From a virus (Duplodnaviria > Heunggongvirae > Uroviricota > Caudoviricetes): a stretch of DNA of 18,024 nucleotides. Numbering within the stretch: the stretch's first letter is position 1; each line of letters starts with the position of its first letter. Below are positions 1 through 9,763 of the stretch, piece after piece. The notes beneath the pieces were generated by a model that saw only the letters and a program-made list of their open reading frames with translations, did not search any database and was not told the origin of the DNA. Both the position numbers and the translations under genes were made by a program. Location of the stretch: the IMG/VR virus record IMGVR_UViG_3300044984_003074; one strand, given 5' to 3'.

Positions 1-677
1 CTCAAGGGACTAAATTCAAAGGAATTAAACTTGGTAACTTTGGTTTAATGTCATCTTTCTCCACTTATTTTGGACATACTATGTCAACTATTGAAGGTGG
101 TGTAATTACAACCAATGATGACGAAATTTATAACACTTTATTACAACTTAGAAGTCATGGATGGGATAGAGATTTGTCATCTGAAAAACAACAAGAATTA
201 AGAAAAGAATGGGATGTAACGGATTTCTCTGCGTTATACACATTTTACATACCAGGGTTTAATGTAAGAAGTACCGATTTACAAGCTCAAATTGGAGTTA
301 AACAATTAGATAAAGTTGATGGAATGATTAATAATCGATATGAAAATTTCCTATATTACAAATCTAAACTAGAAGGTAAGACATGGTTTCCTAAAACTTT
401 TGACGATAGTTATACATCAAATTTTGCAATCCCTGTTATCACCAAAACTTTAATAGATAAAGAAAATTTAATTAAAGAATTAACGGACAATAATATTTCA
501 TGTAGACCATTAATTTCAGGGTCTATGGGGACTCAACCATTTTACAAAAAATTATATGGTGAGAATAAATTACCTAATTGTTCAATTATAGATGAAAGAG
601 GAGTTTATGTTCCAAATCATGATAAAATGACAAAAGAAGATATTGATAGAATTTGTGATATCTTACTAAAATATTAA
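1..677 (+). CDS. 5'-truncated PLP-dependent DegT/DnrJ-fold enzyme, ColD-like GDP-4-keto-6-deoxy-mannose 3-dehydratase
   Basis: The frame is open from nt 3 (QGTKFKGIKLGNFGLM...), so the real start lies upstream of the window. SFSTYFGHTMSTIEGG...LRSHGWDRDL...PGFNVR...CRPLISG are DegT-family motifs. His (nt 75-77) sits where aminotransferases have the PLP lysine, as in ColD. Confidence 0.85.
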   Translation, partial: QGTKFKGIKLGNFGLMSSFSTYFGHTMSTIEGGVITTNDDEIYNTLLQLRSHGWDRDLSSEKQQELRKEWDVTDFSALYTFYIPGFNVRSTDLQAQIGVKQLDKVDGMINNRYENFLYYKSKLEGKTWFPKTFDDSYTSNFAIPVITKTLIDKENLIKELTDNNISCRPLISGSMGTQPFYKKLYGENKLPNCSIIDERGVYVPNHDKMTKEDIDRICDILLKY

Positions 678-682
678 TATAG

Positions 683-1471
683 ATGTTGAAGTACTTTAAA
701 CCCGCAAGAGGTAATGGTGTTCATCAAAGAGGTTATTTTTCATACATAACCGAAGCTGTTGTCCATATACATAATGTATTGTTAAATTATCCAGATGAAA
801 AATTAAAAATATATTATGACTTATCAAATATATTTGGTTATGGTAGTCAAAACATTTATGATGTTTGTTTTGTCCAAGACAAAGATGATTATTTAAATAA
901 TGTTAATGAATATTCTAACATTGAGTTAGTTAATTATATTTCACCATTAAATGCGTATGAAAGTGAAACATTTGTACCAAAAGACTTAAAAATGTGTGAA
1001 TCAATTATTAAAGATAACTTTATATTAAATGATGAGATGAAACAATTATTTTCGTCAAGACATCCCCAAATTGATTTTACAAAAACTATAGGATTTCATA
1101 GAAGAGCCACTGATATGTCAAGTGTACACTATGTTTCAACAATAGATTTATCAGAAATATTTAAGACATTAGAAAAAGAAGAGTTTGAAAATGTGTTTTT
1201 AATGTGTGATAATCTTAATGATTTAAATGAATTTAAAAAAAGATACGGTAATAAACTAATAACTTTTGATGAATTTACTTCATCAAAGACTGAAGATAAT
1301 CCATTTTTTAAATTAAAAAATGATGAGGAGTCAATTAAACAACACATTCAAGAAATTGTTTTTGGTGCGTATACTTTAGGCATGACAAAAAAATTATTTT
1401 GTACAAAGTCAAATTTATCAACATTCTCAATATTTTCAAACTCAAAATTAAACTACACAAGATTAAATTAA
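683..1471 (+). CDS. NodZ/GT23-like (fucosyltransferase-type, GT-B) glycosyltransferase
   Basis: IGFHRRATD followed by VFLMCD resembles the GxHxRxTD and [IV]YLA[TS]D donor-binding motifs of GDP-fucose transferases. It lies between two GDP-sugar enzymes. Confidence 0.6.
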   Translation: MLKYFKPARGNGVHQRGYFSYITEAVVHIHNVLLNYPDEKLKIYYDLSNIFGYGSQNIYDVCFVQDKDDYLNNVNEYSNIELVNYISPLNAYESETFVPKDLKMCESIIKDNFILNDEMKQLFSSRHPQIDFTKTIGFHRRATDMSSVHYVSTIDLSEIFKTLEKEEFENVFLMCDNLNDLNEFKKRYGNKLITFDEFTSSKTEDNPFFKLKNDEESIKQHIQEIVFGAYTLGMTKKLFCTKSNLSTFSIFSNSKLNYTRLN

Positions 1472-1472
1472 T

Positions 1473-2453
1473 ATGTCAAAAAAAATTGCACTTATAACAG
1501 GAATAAATGGTCAAGATGGTTCTTATTTAGCAGAATTTTTACTTGAAAAAGGATATGAAGTACACGGGACTTTAAAAAGAAATTCAGTAGCAGAAAACCA
1601 AACTGCAAGATTGGATAACATATTTAACCAAATTAACCTACACTACTCGGATTTAACTGATTTATCTTCATTAATTTCTGTAATTCAAAAAACAAATCCT
1701 GATGAAATTTATAATTTGGCAGCACAATCCCATGTTAGGATTTCGTTTGACCAACCAATATACACAGCCAATGTCACAGGTATTGGAACTCTTAATTTAT
1801 TAGAAGCAGTTAAATTAATTAAACCGTCTATTAAAATATACCAAGCATCTTCTTCAGAAATGTTTGGAAACTCAATTGACGAAGATGGGTTCCAAAGAGA
1901 ATCCACCCCATTAAATCCTGTATCACCTTATGGGTGTGCCAAAGTGTTTAGTTATAATATTGGGAGAAACTATAGAAACTCGTATGGTATGTTTATTTCC
2001 AACGGTATTTTATTTAATCACGAATCTCCAAGACGAGGAACAAACTTTGTTACAAATAAAGTTTGTAAAGAAGCGGTTAAGATTAAATTAGGATTATCAA
2101 ATGAATTAAAATTAGGTAATTTAGAAGCAACTAGAGATTGGGGCCACGCTAAAGATTATGTAAAAGCAATGTGGATGATATTACAACAAGACAAACCAGA
2201 TGATTATGTATGTTCGACAGGGATTTCACATTCAGTAGAAGATTTATGTGAGTATACTTTTTCAAAGTTAGGGTTAAATTATAAAGACTATGTTACAGTT
2301 GATGAAAAATTCTTAAGACCTGAGGAACTTCGTGATTTAAAGGGAGACTCATCAAAATTAAATTTGGTAACAGGATGGTCACCTGAATACACATTTGAGG
2401 CAATGTTAGATGAAATGATTGAACATTGGATAAACTTTTACACAAAAAATTAA
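1473..2453 (+). CDS. gmd: GDP-mannose 4,6-dehydratase
   Basis: ALITGINGQDGSYLAEFLLEKGYEVHG, YNLAAQSHVRISF, YQASSSEMFG, SPYGCAK, NGILFNHESPRRG, LGNLEATRDWGHAKDYV: full-length canonical Gmd motifs. Confidence 0.97.
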   Translation: MSKKIALITGINGQDGSYLAEFLLEKGYEVHGTLKRNSVAENQTARLDNIFNQINLHYSDLTDLSSLISVIQKTNPDEIYNLAAQSHVRISFDQPIYTANVTGIGTLNLLEAVKLIKPSIKIYQASSSEMFGNSIDEDGFQRESTPLNPVSPYGCAKVFSYNIGRNYRNSYGMFISNGILFNHESPRRGTNFVTNKVCKEAVKIKLGLSNELKLGNLEATRDWGHAKDYVKAMWMILQQDKPDDYVCSTGISHSVEDLCEYTFSKLGLNYKDYVTVDEKFLRPEELRDLKGDSSKLNLVTGWSPEYTFEAMLDEMIEHWINFYTKN

Positions 2454-2456
2454 ATT

Positions 2457-2840
2457 ATGGTAACAATACCTGTAAGTGTTGGAGAGTTGATTGATAAATT
2501 ATCTATTCTCCATGTAAAAAAAACAAAGATTTTAAATGAAGAAAAATTATCATTCATTAATAATGAATTTGAACTAATTTATAATATGTCATCAATTTAT
2601 TTAGATGATGAAGAAATTTTAAAATTATACCGTGAACTAAACGAAGTTAATTTAAATTTATGGGAAATTGAGGATGAGTTAAGAACAATTGAATCAACAA
2701 AAAATTTTGATTCCCATTTTATTGAATTAGCAAGAAAAGTATACTACACTAATGATGAAAGGTTTTCGTTAAAAAATAAAATTAACGATATAACCAATTC
2801 AGAAGTTAGAGAACAAAAAGATTATATTGAATACAAATAA
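2457..2840 (+). CDS. DUF6165-like small helical protein
   Basis: N-terminal IPVSVGELIDKLSILHVK and LWEIEDELR...FIELARKVYYTNDERF match my recollection of this glycosyltransferase-associated family. Confidence 0.75.
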   Translation: MVTIPVSVGELIDKLSILHVKKTKILNEEKLSFINNEFELIYNMSSIYLDDEEILKLYRELNEVNLNLWEIEDELRTIESTKNFDSHFIELARKVYYTNDERFSLKNKINDITNSEVREQKDYIEYK

Positions 2841-2858
2841 ACAATTAAAATAATTTAA

Positions 2859-3599
2859 ATGGCGACATACAGCAAATCAAAGAACACTAAACCAACACCT
2901 ACACCTGAAACAACTAACAAACCTATCAATAAAAAAGATTTAATTTGTTCAATTGTCCCTAAAAAGACAAAACAAAAATTTTTATCAGAAAGTCAAAAAA
3001 CATATTATGATAAGTTATCTACAAATCAAATTACAATATGTTCAGGACCTGCGGGAGTTGGTAAAAGTTACATAGCAATGAAAGCGGCTGTGGACTTATT
3101 AATTGACCCAACAACTCCATATGAAAAAATTATTATTGTAAGACCGGCAGTAGAAGCTGAAGAAAAATTAGGTAGTTTACCTGGTGGGGTTGAGGAAAAG
3201 TTAGACCCTTATATTTTTCCCTCATATTATCTTTTAAATAAAATTATTGGTAAAGACATAAGAGAAAAACTAAAAGATATTGAAGCGATTGAAGTTTTTG
3301 CGTTAGCTTATATGAGAGGAATGAATATTGATAACTCAATTTTAATTTTTGAAGAAGCTCAAAATTCAACTCCAAGTCAAATGAAATTATTATTAACCCG
3401 AATTGGTTTTAACTCCAAGTTTTTTATATCAGGAGATTTAGAACAATTTGATAGACATAAAGATAAAACCCAAACAGGATTGTGGGATGCTCTTAAAAAA
3501 TTCCAAGACATGGAAGATGTTGGGGTATTTGAATTTAAACCAGAAGATATTGTGAGAAATCCATTAATTTCTAAAATCTTAAAAAGATACGAAGAATGA
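2859..3599 (+). CDS. phoH: PhoH-family ATPase
   Basis: Walker A GPAGVGKS, IIIVRPAVEAEEKLGSLPG, LAYMRG, EEAQN, GDLEQFD, DIVRNPLI. Confidence 0.95.
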   Translation: MATYSKSKNTKPTPTPETTNKPINKKDLICSIVPKKTKQKFLSESQKTYYDKLSTNQITICSGPAGVGKSYIAMKAAVDLLIDPTTPYEKIIIVRPAVEAEEKLGSLPGGVEEKLDPYIFPSYYLLNKIIGKDIREKLKDIEAIEVFALAYMRGMNIDNSILIFEEAQNSTPSQMKLLLTRIGFNSKFFISGDLEQFDRHKDKTQTGLWDALKKFQDMEDVGVFEFKPEDIVRNPLISKILKRYEE

Positions 3600-4192
3600 G
3601 AATTGGTATTGAGGTAAATGGTGTACTTAGAGATACTTTAAAAAAAATTCAACAAGAGTATGAAAAATGGTATATTGATAATCCATTTAAAGAAGAAAAC
3701 GAAGAAGAGTTTGAGTATAAAGTAATATCTGACTTAACTTCTTTAGATATACTTTCTCATCTTAATTTTAAAGATGAAGATGATTTGTATAATTTTTTAT
3801 ACAAAGAACATACCATGGAAATTTTTGGACATTCAGGTTCCGTAGAAAATTCAAGTATGTCAGACTTAAATGATTTTTATTTAGATATGAGAGACAATCA
3901 CGAAATAGTAATTGTTTCAGATGAAATTGGAAAATCTAAACCAGCGACTTTATTTTTCATTTCTAAATTTGGATGTTTGATTGAATCTGTTAGATTTTAT
4001 AGTGAAAGTACAATTAATTTACTTTGGAATTCAGTAGACATTTTACTTACAGCAAATCCTAAACTATTATTAAACCATCCTGAGGATAAAATCATTGTTA
4101 AATATGACACATCTTATAACTCAGATATAAAAACAGAGTATTCAATATCAAAGATTAAAGAACTCAAATTAAAAATAGAAGAAATAATATGA
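3596..4192 (+). CDS. HAD-fold, 5'(3')-nucleotidase-like protein with degenerate catalytic motifs
   Basis: RIGIEVNGVLRD corresponds to HAD motif I (hhhDhDGVL) with E/N in place of D/D. It has IVS (motif II) and DILLTANP where DILIDD is expected. ATGA overlap with phoH. Confidence 0.6.
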   Translation: MRIGIEVNGVLRDTLKKIQQEYEKWYIDNPFKEENEEEFEYKVISDLTSLDILSHLNFKDEDDLYNFLYKEHTMEIFGHSGSVENSSMSDLNDFYLDMRDNHEIVIVSDEIGKSKPATLFFISKFGCLIESVRFYSESTINLLWNSVDILLTANPKLLLNHPEDKIIVKYDTSYNSDIKTEYSISKIKELKLKIEEII

Positions 4193-4470
4193 TAAGTGTA
4201 TTAGGAGAAAATTATTACATTGATTTAGATGTAATTGAACAATACCTTGACATGTCAGACAAGGAAATACCTGAAACTTTATCAGGAGAGACAGAAATAA
4301 AAATTAACATTATCAAATTTGATATGGTAAAAATGTTATTAGAAACAATCTTAACTGAACAAGACACTGTTGATGAAAAATTAGGGATGAAAGGTAGTTC
4401 AAACACAAGTATTCCCTTTAGAATAGCATTTAATAGTCTTTTAAATAAAAAATTAATCAATCATTATTAA
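4189..4470 (+). CDS. hypothetical protein
   Basis: 93-aa ORF translationally coupled (ATGA overlap) inside the operon; no motif recognised. Confidence 0.75.
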   Translation: MISVLGENYYIDLDVIEQYLDMSDKEIPETLSGETEIKINIIKFDMVKMLLETILTEQDTVDEKLGMKGSSNTSIPFRIAFNSLLNKKLINHY

Positions 4471-4474
4471 TAAT

Positions 4475-5527
4475 ATGGAAAACACAATTCAAGAAAAAGT
4501 ATTAAACTCCATCCAAGTATTAAGAGATAAACAAGCAAGGATATATTTTTTAGTACAAGATACTAAAGGTAACGCAAAGGCTTCTATCAGACTTATTTAC
4601 CAAATGGCAAAAACATTAAAAGACAACGGATTTAATCCAATCATATTACACGAAAAGGCAGAATACGCTGGTGTCGCTGCTTGGTTAAATGAGGAATATA
4701 TGTCTTTACCTCATAGAGCTATTGAGGGACAAAATTTAGAAATCTCACCTGAAGATTTTTTAATCATACCTGAAATTTTTGGGTACGTAATGGACCAAGT
4801 AAAACAATTACCTTGTGCAAAAATTGTATTTAATCAACAATACGCACATATGTTAGAAACATTACAACCAGGACAATCATGGTCTCAATTTGGGTTTATG
4901 AAATGTTTAACAACATCAAACAAACAAAAAGAATATGCGGAAAGAATTATGAGACAAGCGTCTTTTGATATTATTGAGCCGTATATCACAGAATTTTTTA
5001 AACCAAAATCAACACCCCCAATGCCAATTATTGGTATTCACACTAAAGAACAAAGTGATTCTATAAACATCATTAAAGCTTTTTATTTAAAATTCCCTCA
5101 ATATAGATGGTTCACATTTAGAGATTTAAGAGGTCTTTCTGAAAAAGAATTTGCCAATTCTTTAAGTGATTGTTTTGTTAGTGTTTGGATTGACGACCAC
5201 AGTGGGTTTGGTACATTCCCATTAGAATCTATGAAATGTAATGTACCTGTGATTGGTAAAGTACCAAATCTATCTCCTGATTGGATGACAGAAAACAATG
5301 GTATTTGGATTACAGACCAAACATTATTTCCAGACATTATCGCAGATTATGTACAAAATTGGCTTGAGGATAATATAAATCCTGAAGTTTTTGATGAAAT
5401 GAAAAAAACTGTGGAACCATTTTCAGATAAACATAAATTTGAATCATCAGTTGTAACCTTATTTAGTGGTTACTTAAACAATAGAGCGGATTCATTCGAA
5501 CAACAAATTTCAAAAACAGAAGAATAA
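4475..5527 (+). CDS. GT-B (GT4-like) glycosyltransferase
   Basis: C-terminal SGFGTFPLESMKCNVPVIG resembles the GT4 EGFGLxxLEAMAxGxPVI motif; N-terminal RIYFLVQD...IYQMAKTLKDNGFNPIILH. Confidence 0.7.
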   Translation: MENTIQEKVLNSIQVLRDKQARIYFLVQDTKGNAKASIRLIYQMAKTLKDNGFNPIILHEKAEYAGVAAWLNEEYMSLPHRAIEGQNLEISPEDFLIIPEIFGYVMDQVKQLPCAKIVFNQQYAHMLETLQPGQSWSQFGFMKCLTTSNKQKEYAERIMRQASFDIIEPYITEFFKPKSTPPMPIIGIHTKEQSDSINIIKAFYLKFPQYRWFTFRDLRGLSEKEFANSLSDCFVSVWIDDHSGFGTFPLESMKCNVPVIGKVPNLSPDWMTENNGIWITDQTLFPDIIADYVQNWLEDNINPEVFDEMKKTVEPFSDKHKFESSVVTLFSGYLNNRADSFEQQISKTEE

Positions 5528-5528
5528 T

Positions 5529-6335
5529 ATGAGCAATAAATTATCACTTTCGGTTATACTACCAATTAAATCCTCAAAAGCAAAAAACTTTGAGGACTAT
5601 TTTGAAAAGGCAATATCATCTCTTAAAACTCAACAAGTTGGTTTTGAAGAGTTAATCATTGTACACACTAATGAAGAATCATTAGTTAATCATCTTAACA
5701 ATTATGATTTTGGCGATTTACAAGTATCTAAATTACCATGGGGAGAAGCTCCTAACTATTGTGAACAAGTGAATTATGGAATAAAAAACGCAAAGAGTAC
5801 TTGGGTATCCCTTTTTGAATTTGATGACGAATATTCGTCTATTTGGTTTAAAAATGTTAAAACATATTCTGAAGCTTACCCTGAAACACAAATGTTTTTA
5901 CCTGTAGTGGTTGAAACTGATGAAAAAGGTCTTTTCGCAGGATTTACTAATGAGGCAACATTCGCTGCAAACTTTACACAAGAGATGGGATTTTTAACTA
6001 ATGAAACATTACAAGATTATCAAAATTTCCAAACAGCGGGTTCCGTATTTAAAAAAGAAATTATTGAAGACTTTGGAGGGTTTAAATCCTCAATGAAACT
6101 TACATTTATTTATGAGTTTTTATTAAGACTTACTTACAATTCAGTATCTATTATGACAATACCAAAACTTGGATACAAACATGTTAATTTAAGAGAAGGT
6201 TCAATTTTTTGGAATTACAAAAATGGTGATGAAAGAATGGTTGAAGATGAAGTTAAATTTTGGATTCAAACCGCAAAAAAAGAATATTTTTTCACTGACG
6301 ATAGAGTCATAAAATATCAATCTGAAAATGTATAA
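5529..6335 (+). CDS. GT-A (GT2-like) glycosyltransferase
   Basis: LSVILPI, AISSLKTQ, ELIIVH, VNYGIKNAKSTWVSLFEFDD (DxD region), YEFLLRL. Confidence 0.8.
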   Translation: MSNKLSLSVILPIKSSKAKNFEDYFEKAISSLKTQQVGFEELIIVHTNEESLVNHLNNYDFGDLQVSKLPWGEAPNYCEQVNYGIKNAKSTWVSLFEFDDEYSSIWFKNVKTYSEAYPETQMFLPVVVETDEKGLFAGFTNEATFAANFTQEMGFLTNETLQDYQNFQTAGSVFKKEIIEDFGGFKSSMKLTFIYEFLLRLTYNSVSIMTIPKLGYKHVNLREGSIFWNYKNGDERMVEDEVKFWIQTAKKEYFFTDDRVIKYQSENV

Positions 6336-7082
6336 ATGCAAGAAACTCTATCTGCAACGACAGAAGATGTTTTATCTAAAAAAAGGGGGAGAAAGCCAGT
6401 CAATTTAAATTATTTTGATGTAAGAGAAGAAGAAGCGGTTAGAAATTTTTTAATTGCTGAAAGTTCACAAGATAAAAATAAAATTTATAACGAATTTTTA
6501 AGAGGCCCTCTCGATAAGATGATTTCATCCATCATACGACGATATAAATTATATCGTAAAGATATGGACTTTACTGAAATTCACACCGACACTCATTCTT
6601 TTTTAATGACAAAGGTTGATAAATTTAAACCAGATAAGAATAAAAAGGCCTATTCTTATTTTGGTACTATTTGTAAAAATTATTTGATGGGTCAAATAAT
6701 TAAAGACCAAAAAGAAACAAATAGAAAAATTTCATACGAAGATATTTCGGCTAGTTTAGAAGAAAGAGCTGATATGAGTTATAGAATTGATGATGATATT
6801 GTGGAAACTCAAGTCGTCATCAATGAATATTTAAAAGAATTAAAAGATTTTATTGAATTAGAAAATTTAAATGAGAATGAACGAAAATTAGGATATGCCC
6901 TTGTTGATTTATTTGATAATTATGAAACAATATTTTCAGGAGCGGATAATAACAAATTTAATAAAAATGTTATTCTACTTTCTTTAAGAGAAATGACAAA
7001 TTTAAGCACTAAAGAAATTAGAAGTTCTATTAAAAGATTTAAAAAATTGTACATGATTATTCAAATTAAAATGAAAAACTAA
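6336..7082 (+). CDS. phage sigma-70-like factor (candidate late sigma)
   Basis: MISSIIRRY...KVDKFKPDKNKKAYSYFGTICKNYL resembles sigma region 2 (KFDPxKGxKFSTYA). C-terminal LREMTNLSTKEIRSSIKR is HTH-like. It directly precedes the putative structural block. Confidence 0.65.
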   Translation: MQETLSATTEDVLSKKRGRKPVNLNYFDVREEEAVRNFLIAESSQDKNKIYNEFLRGPLDKMISSIIRRYKLYRKDMDFTEIHTDTHSFLMTKVDKFKPDKNKKAYSYFGTICKNYLMGQIIKDQKETNRKISYEDISASLEERADMSYRIDDDIVETQVVINEYLKELKDFIELENLNENERKLGYALVDLFDNYETIFSGADNNKFNKNVILLSLREMTNLSTKEIRSSIKRFKKLYMIIQIKMKN

Positions 7083-7090
7083 TAGAAAAG

Positions 7091-7098
7091 TATTTATA
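7091..7098 (+). promoter_or_regulatory. TATTTATA motif, candidate phage late promoter
   Basis: In the 19-nt gap after the sigma-like gene, 3 nt before ATG 7102; the same motif recurs before other genes on both strands. Confidence 0.45.
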
Positions 7099-7101
7099 GT
7101 T

Positions 7102-7467
7102 ATGCCTAGACCTCAAAGAAAAGAAATTAATTTTACTAAAGATTCAATATTATCTTTAATGCAAGAAATCTACAATGAACTTGTAGAACAAAGACAGACT
7201 GCAATTAGAATACAAAATAAAATGTTATCTATGTTAAAAGACCCTGCAGATATGACCACTATTGGTCCTGTCATTGAAAAACAACAAAAAATAGTTAATG
7301 ATTGTGTTGAAAAGAAAATTAGTCTTTCAAAACTTCAATCAGGAATTTGGGAAAAAAGTAATAATAATACTGAATCATTCTCAATGGCAGATTTAGATGA
7401 TGATATAATTCAAAATCTAATAGATAAAGATGTTTCAAATGACGAAGAAACTTACAGAATGAGATAA
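7102..7467 (+). CDS. hypothetical helical protein
   Basis: 121-aa ORF with coiled-coil-like heptads and an acidic tail; first gene of the putative structural block. Confidence 0.75.
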   Translation: MPRPQRKEINFTKDSILSLMQEIYNELVEQRQTAIRIQNKMLSMLKDPADMTTIGPVIEKQQKIVNDCVEKKISLSKLQSGIWEKSNNNTESFSMADLDDDIIQNLIDKDVSNDEETYRMR

Positions 7468-7470
7468 TAT

Positions 7471-9552
7471 ATGGAATTAGATATTAACTCGGCAGCGGAA
7501 TCCATTCAAAGTAAAATCCAATCAGCAAAAACTTATTTAGAAGTTTCTACTGCTGGAAAGGATTTAGTTAAAAATGCCGCTAATTCTGCTACAAAATCTA
7601 CAACACAGTTAACTACACAATTAAATAAGATTAAAGACCAACAAAAAAGATTTCAAAGGGAGCCACCTAATTCAATGTCCCAAATGTTGGCATTTGTAAA
7701 TCAACTTAAAGGTTCTGGGTCAGGTACTTCTTCATTTATACAAAAAAAAATGTTGGAGATTGCCGCCATAATAGAACCAAAACTTGCTGGTATTGTTAAA
7801 GAAGAAACAATTAAGGCTTTAGGATGTTCAATAGAACAAACATTTCAAGGAACTGACCCTGCGACATTACAATCAACACCAATGGCTTTGTTACCGCAAG
7901 CCGATGGTATTTACATACCTGTTAGTTCAATTGACCTTTTTTCAAATTTAAAACAATCTCCTGAGACTGATTTTGGTAAAATTTTTTACGAAAAAGAACA
8001 ACCTTCAGCAGATTCAAAATTTAAACCGTATGGTGGTGATGTAGCATTTCCAATGAACAAACAACTTTATACTTTGATGACTCAAAATAATCAAGGTAGG
8101 TCTTTTAGTGATATTAATGGTCAAAATTATTTAGGTAAATCAGGTCAAAATTTATTTGATGTCCAATATTCAAATACAAATAGTTTTGGAGTTACCGGAG
8201 ATTATTACAGAGTTATATTACTTAATCGTACAAATGATTCAGGTAATGTTGGTAACCAAGTCGGAGAATTTTTATCTGATTATTATAGTTCTATCAAATT
8301 AGTAGATAATGTTGATATTACCGCAAATCTTATAAACCTTATTTCAGGAGCGGTTAGTATTAATCTACAAGCAGGATTTGGACAATTAGAGCAATCAACT
8401 AAATTTGAATTATTAATACAAAGAATTTTAGGATTATGTTTTGATAATAGAAGAGAAATTGATGTTAGTGGGGTAGCTAAAATCGCTGAATTAGATGGTG
8501 TTGATGATAGTTTTTATGAATTAACTGAAGTTGATTTAAGAAATATTCAAGTTAAAATTTCTAACATTCAGAATGGTGTGATGGAATTTGAAGACTGTAA
8601 TAATATTAAATTACCTGTCGATAGTGAATCACTTATTAGTCAATTAATTGAATTTAGAGAGTCAACAGGGAAGACGGTTGCACAACAAGTTGCATTTGTT
8701 GAACAAATGATAGATTCTATTTCTGAAAATCCAGAATGGAAACTTGCCATTCCTGCAAATTTTGATGTTAAAGTTTCAATAAACACTAATATTATTAAAC
8801 AAATACCGTTAGCAGTTGCAGCCAGTGTGTTAAGCCCAAAAGTATTATTACCTCTATACACATTATTATCCGTAGTTCAATCAGGGGCAACATACACATA
8901 TAATCAGGCAATTACAAGTGCAAACACTGCGACACAATCGGTAAACACTATTGGTAACACAGGAGCAAATGTTAATCAACCAAATAGTAATGTTGTAACA
9001 AATGCGTCTGATTTTTTAAAAGTATACAAATCATTTTCAATACAAGTAATATCAAGAGTTAATTCAGAATTTTTAAAAGCGTTATTTGAAATATTAAAAA
9101 AAGAGATTATTAATTTAATGTCTGAAATAGTTATTGACCTTGTTAAAGAAAGATACGGAAAAAAAATCGCAATGATTTTACGATTAATTCAAATTGCATT
9201 ACTTATTTCCCAATTAATTGATGATTACAGAAAATGTAAAAATTTATTAGATAATATTTTATTATTACTTACAACAATTGGACAACTTATACCTACTGCT
9301 CAACCTGAAATACCATTACCACTTTTAGCATTGGCAGGGTCATTACCTGGTATATCCGCAACACAAATGACCATGAAAACAATACAAGCGTTACAATCGT
9401 CAGGTATGCCAACAGGACCTATGCCCGATGGTAGTCCAAATTTGATGTTACAATTTAATTCTTCGTCAAATAAATCAGTGGCGTCAAACATAACAGAAGA
9501 TGGTAAAGTATACACTGTTGGATTAGCTACTCAAACAGGAAAATTTATGTAA
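7471..9552 (+). CDS. large hypothetical protein, possibly virion-associated
   Basis: 693-aa uninterrupted ORF upstream of the spike gene; helical termini; no catalytic motif recognised. Confidence 0.7.
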   Translation: MELDINSAAESIQSKIQSAKTYLEVSTAGKDLVKNAANSATKSTTQLTTQLNKIKDQQKRFQREPPNSMSQMLAFVNQLKGSGSGTSSFIQKKMLEIAAIIEPKLAGIVKEETIKALGCSIEQTFQGTDPATLQSTPMALLPQADGIYIPVSSIDLFSNLKQSPETDFGKIFYEKEQPSADSKFKPYGGDVAFPMNKQLYTLMTQNNQGRSFSDINGQNYLGKSGQNLFDVQYSNTNSFGVTGDYYRVILLNRTNDSGNVGNQVGEFLSDYYSSIKLVDNVDITANLINLISGAVSINLQAGFGQLEQSTKFELLIQRILGLCFDNRREIDVSGVAKIAELDGVDDSFYELTEVDLRNIQVKISNIQNGVMEFEDCNNIKLPVDSESLISQLIEFRESTGKTVAQQVAFVEQMIDSISENPEWKLAIPANFDVKVSINTNIIKQIPLAVAASVLSPKVLLPLYTLLSVVQSGATYTYNQAITSANTATQSVNTIGNTGANVNQPNSNVVTNASDFLKVYKSFSIQVISRVNSEFLKALFEILKKEIINLMSEIVIDLVKERYGKKIAMILRLIQIALLISQLIDDYRKCKNLLDNILLLLTTIGQLIPTAQPEIPLPLLALAGSLPGISATQMTMKTIQALQSSGMPTGPMPDGSPNLMLQFNSSSNKSVASNITEDGKVYTVGLATQTGKFM

Positions 9553-9553
9553 T

Positions 9554-9763
9554 ATGAAAAACGAAGAATTTGAAAATATAATTAACGAACAAAAAAATTT
9601 AAAAACTTTACCTAACAATAAGTTAGTTGAATTTATGGATTTATTATCATCAGATTTTGAAACCACTAAACAAACAATCATTAATACAACTCTTTATTTA
9701 GATAAACTTGAAGAATTGTATAATAATGTGTTAAAAGCATACCAAGAAAGAAATAATGGCTGA
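9554..9763 (+). CDS. small coiled-coil hypothetical protein
   Basis: 69-aa ORF that fills the gap and overlaps the next gene by 8 nt. Confidence 0.7.
   Translation: MKNEEFENIINEQKNLKTLPNNKLVEFMDLLSSDFETTKQTIINTTLYLDKLEELYNNVLKAYQERNNG

Noticed and set aside
1-2453. Bacterial chromosomal O-antigen locus as the origin of the window
   Set aside because: The sugar genes are contiguous with phoH, a sigma-like gene, a spike and a gp23-like capsid gene, and there is no flippase, polymerase or other cellular context.
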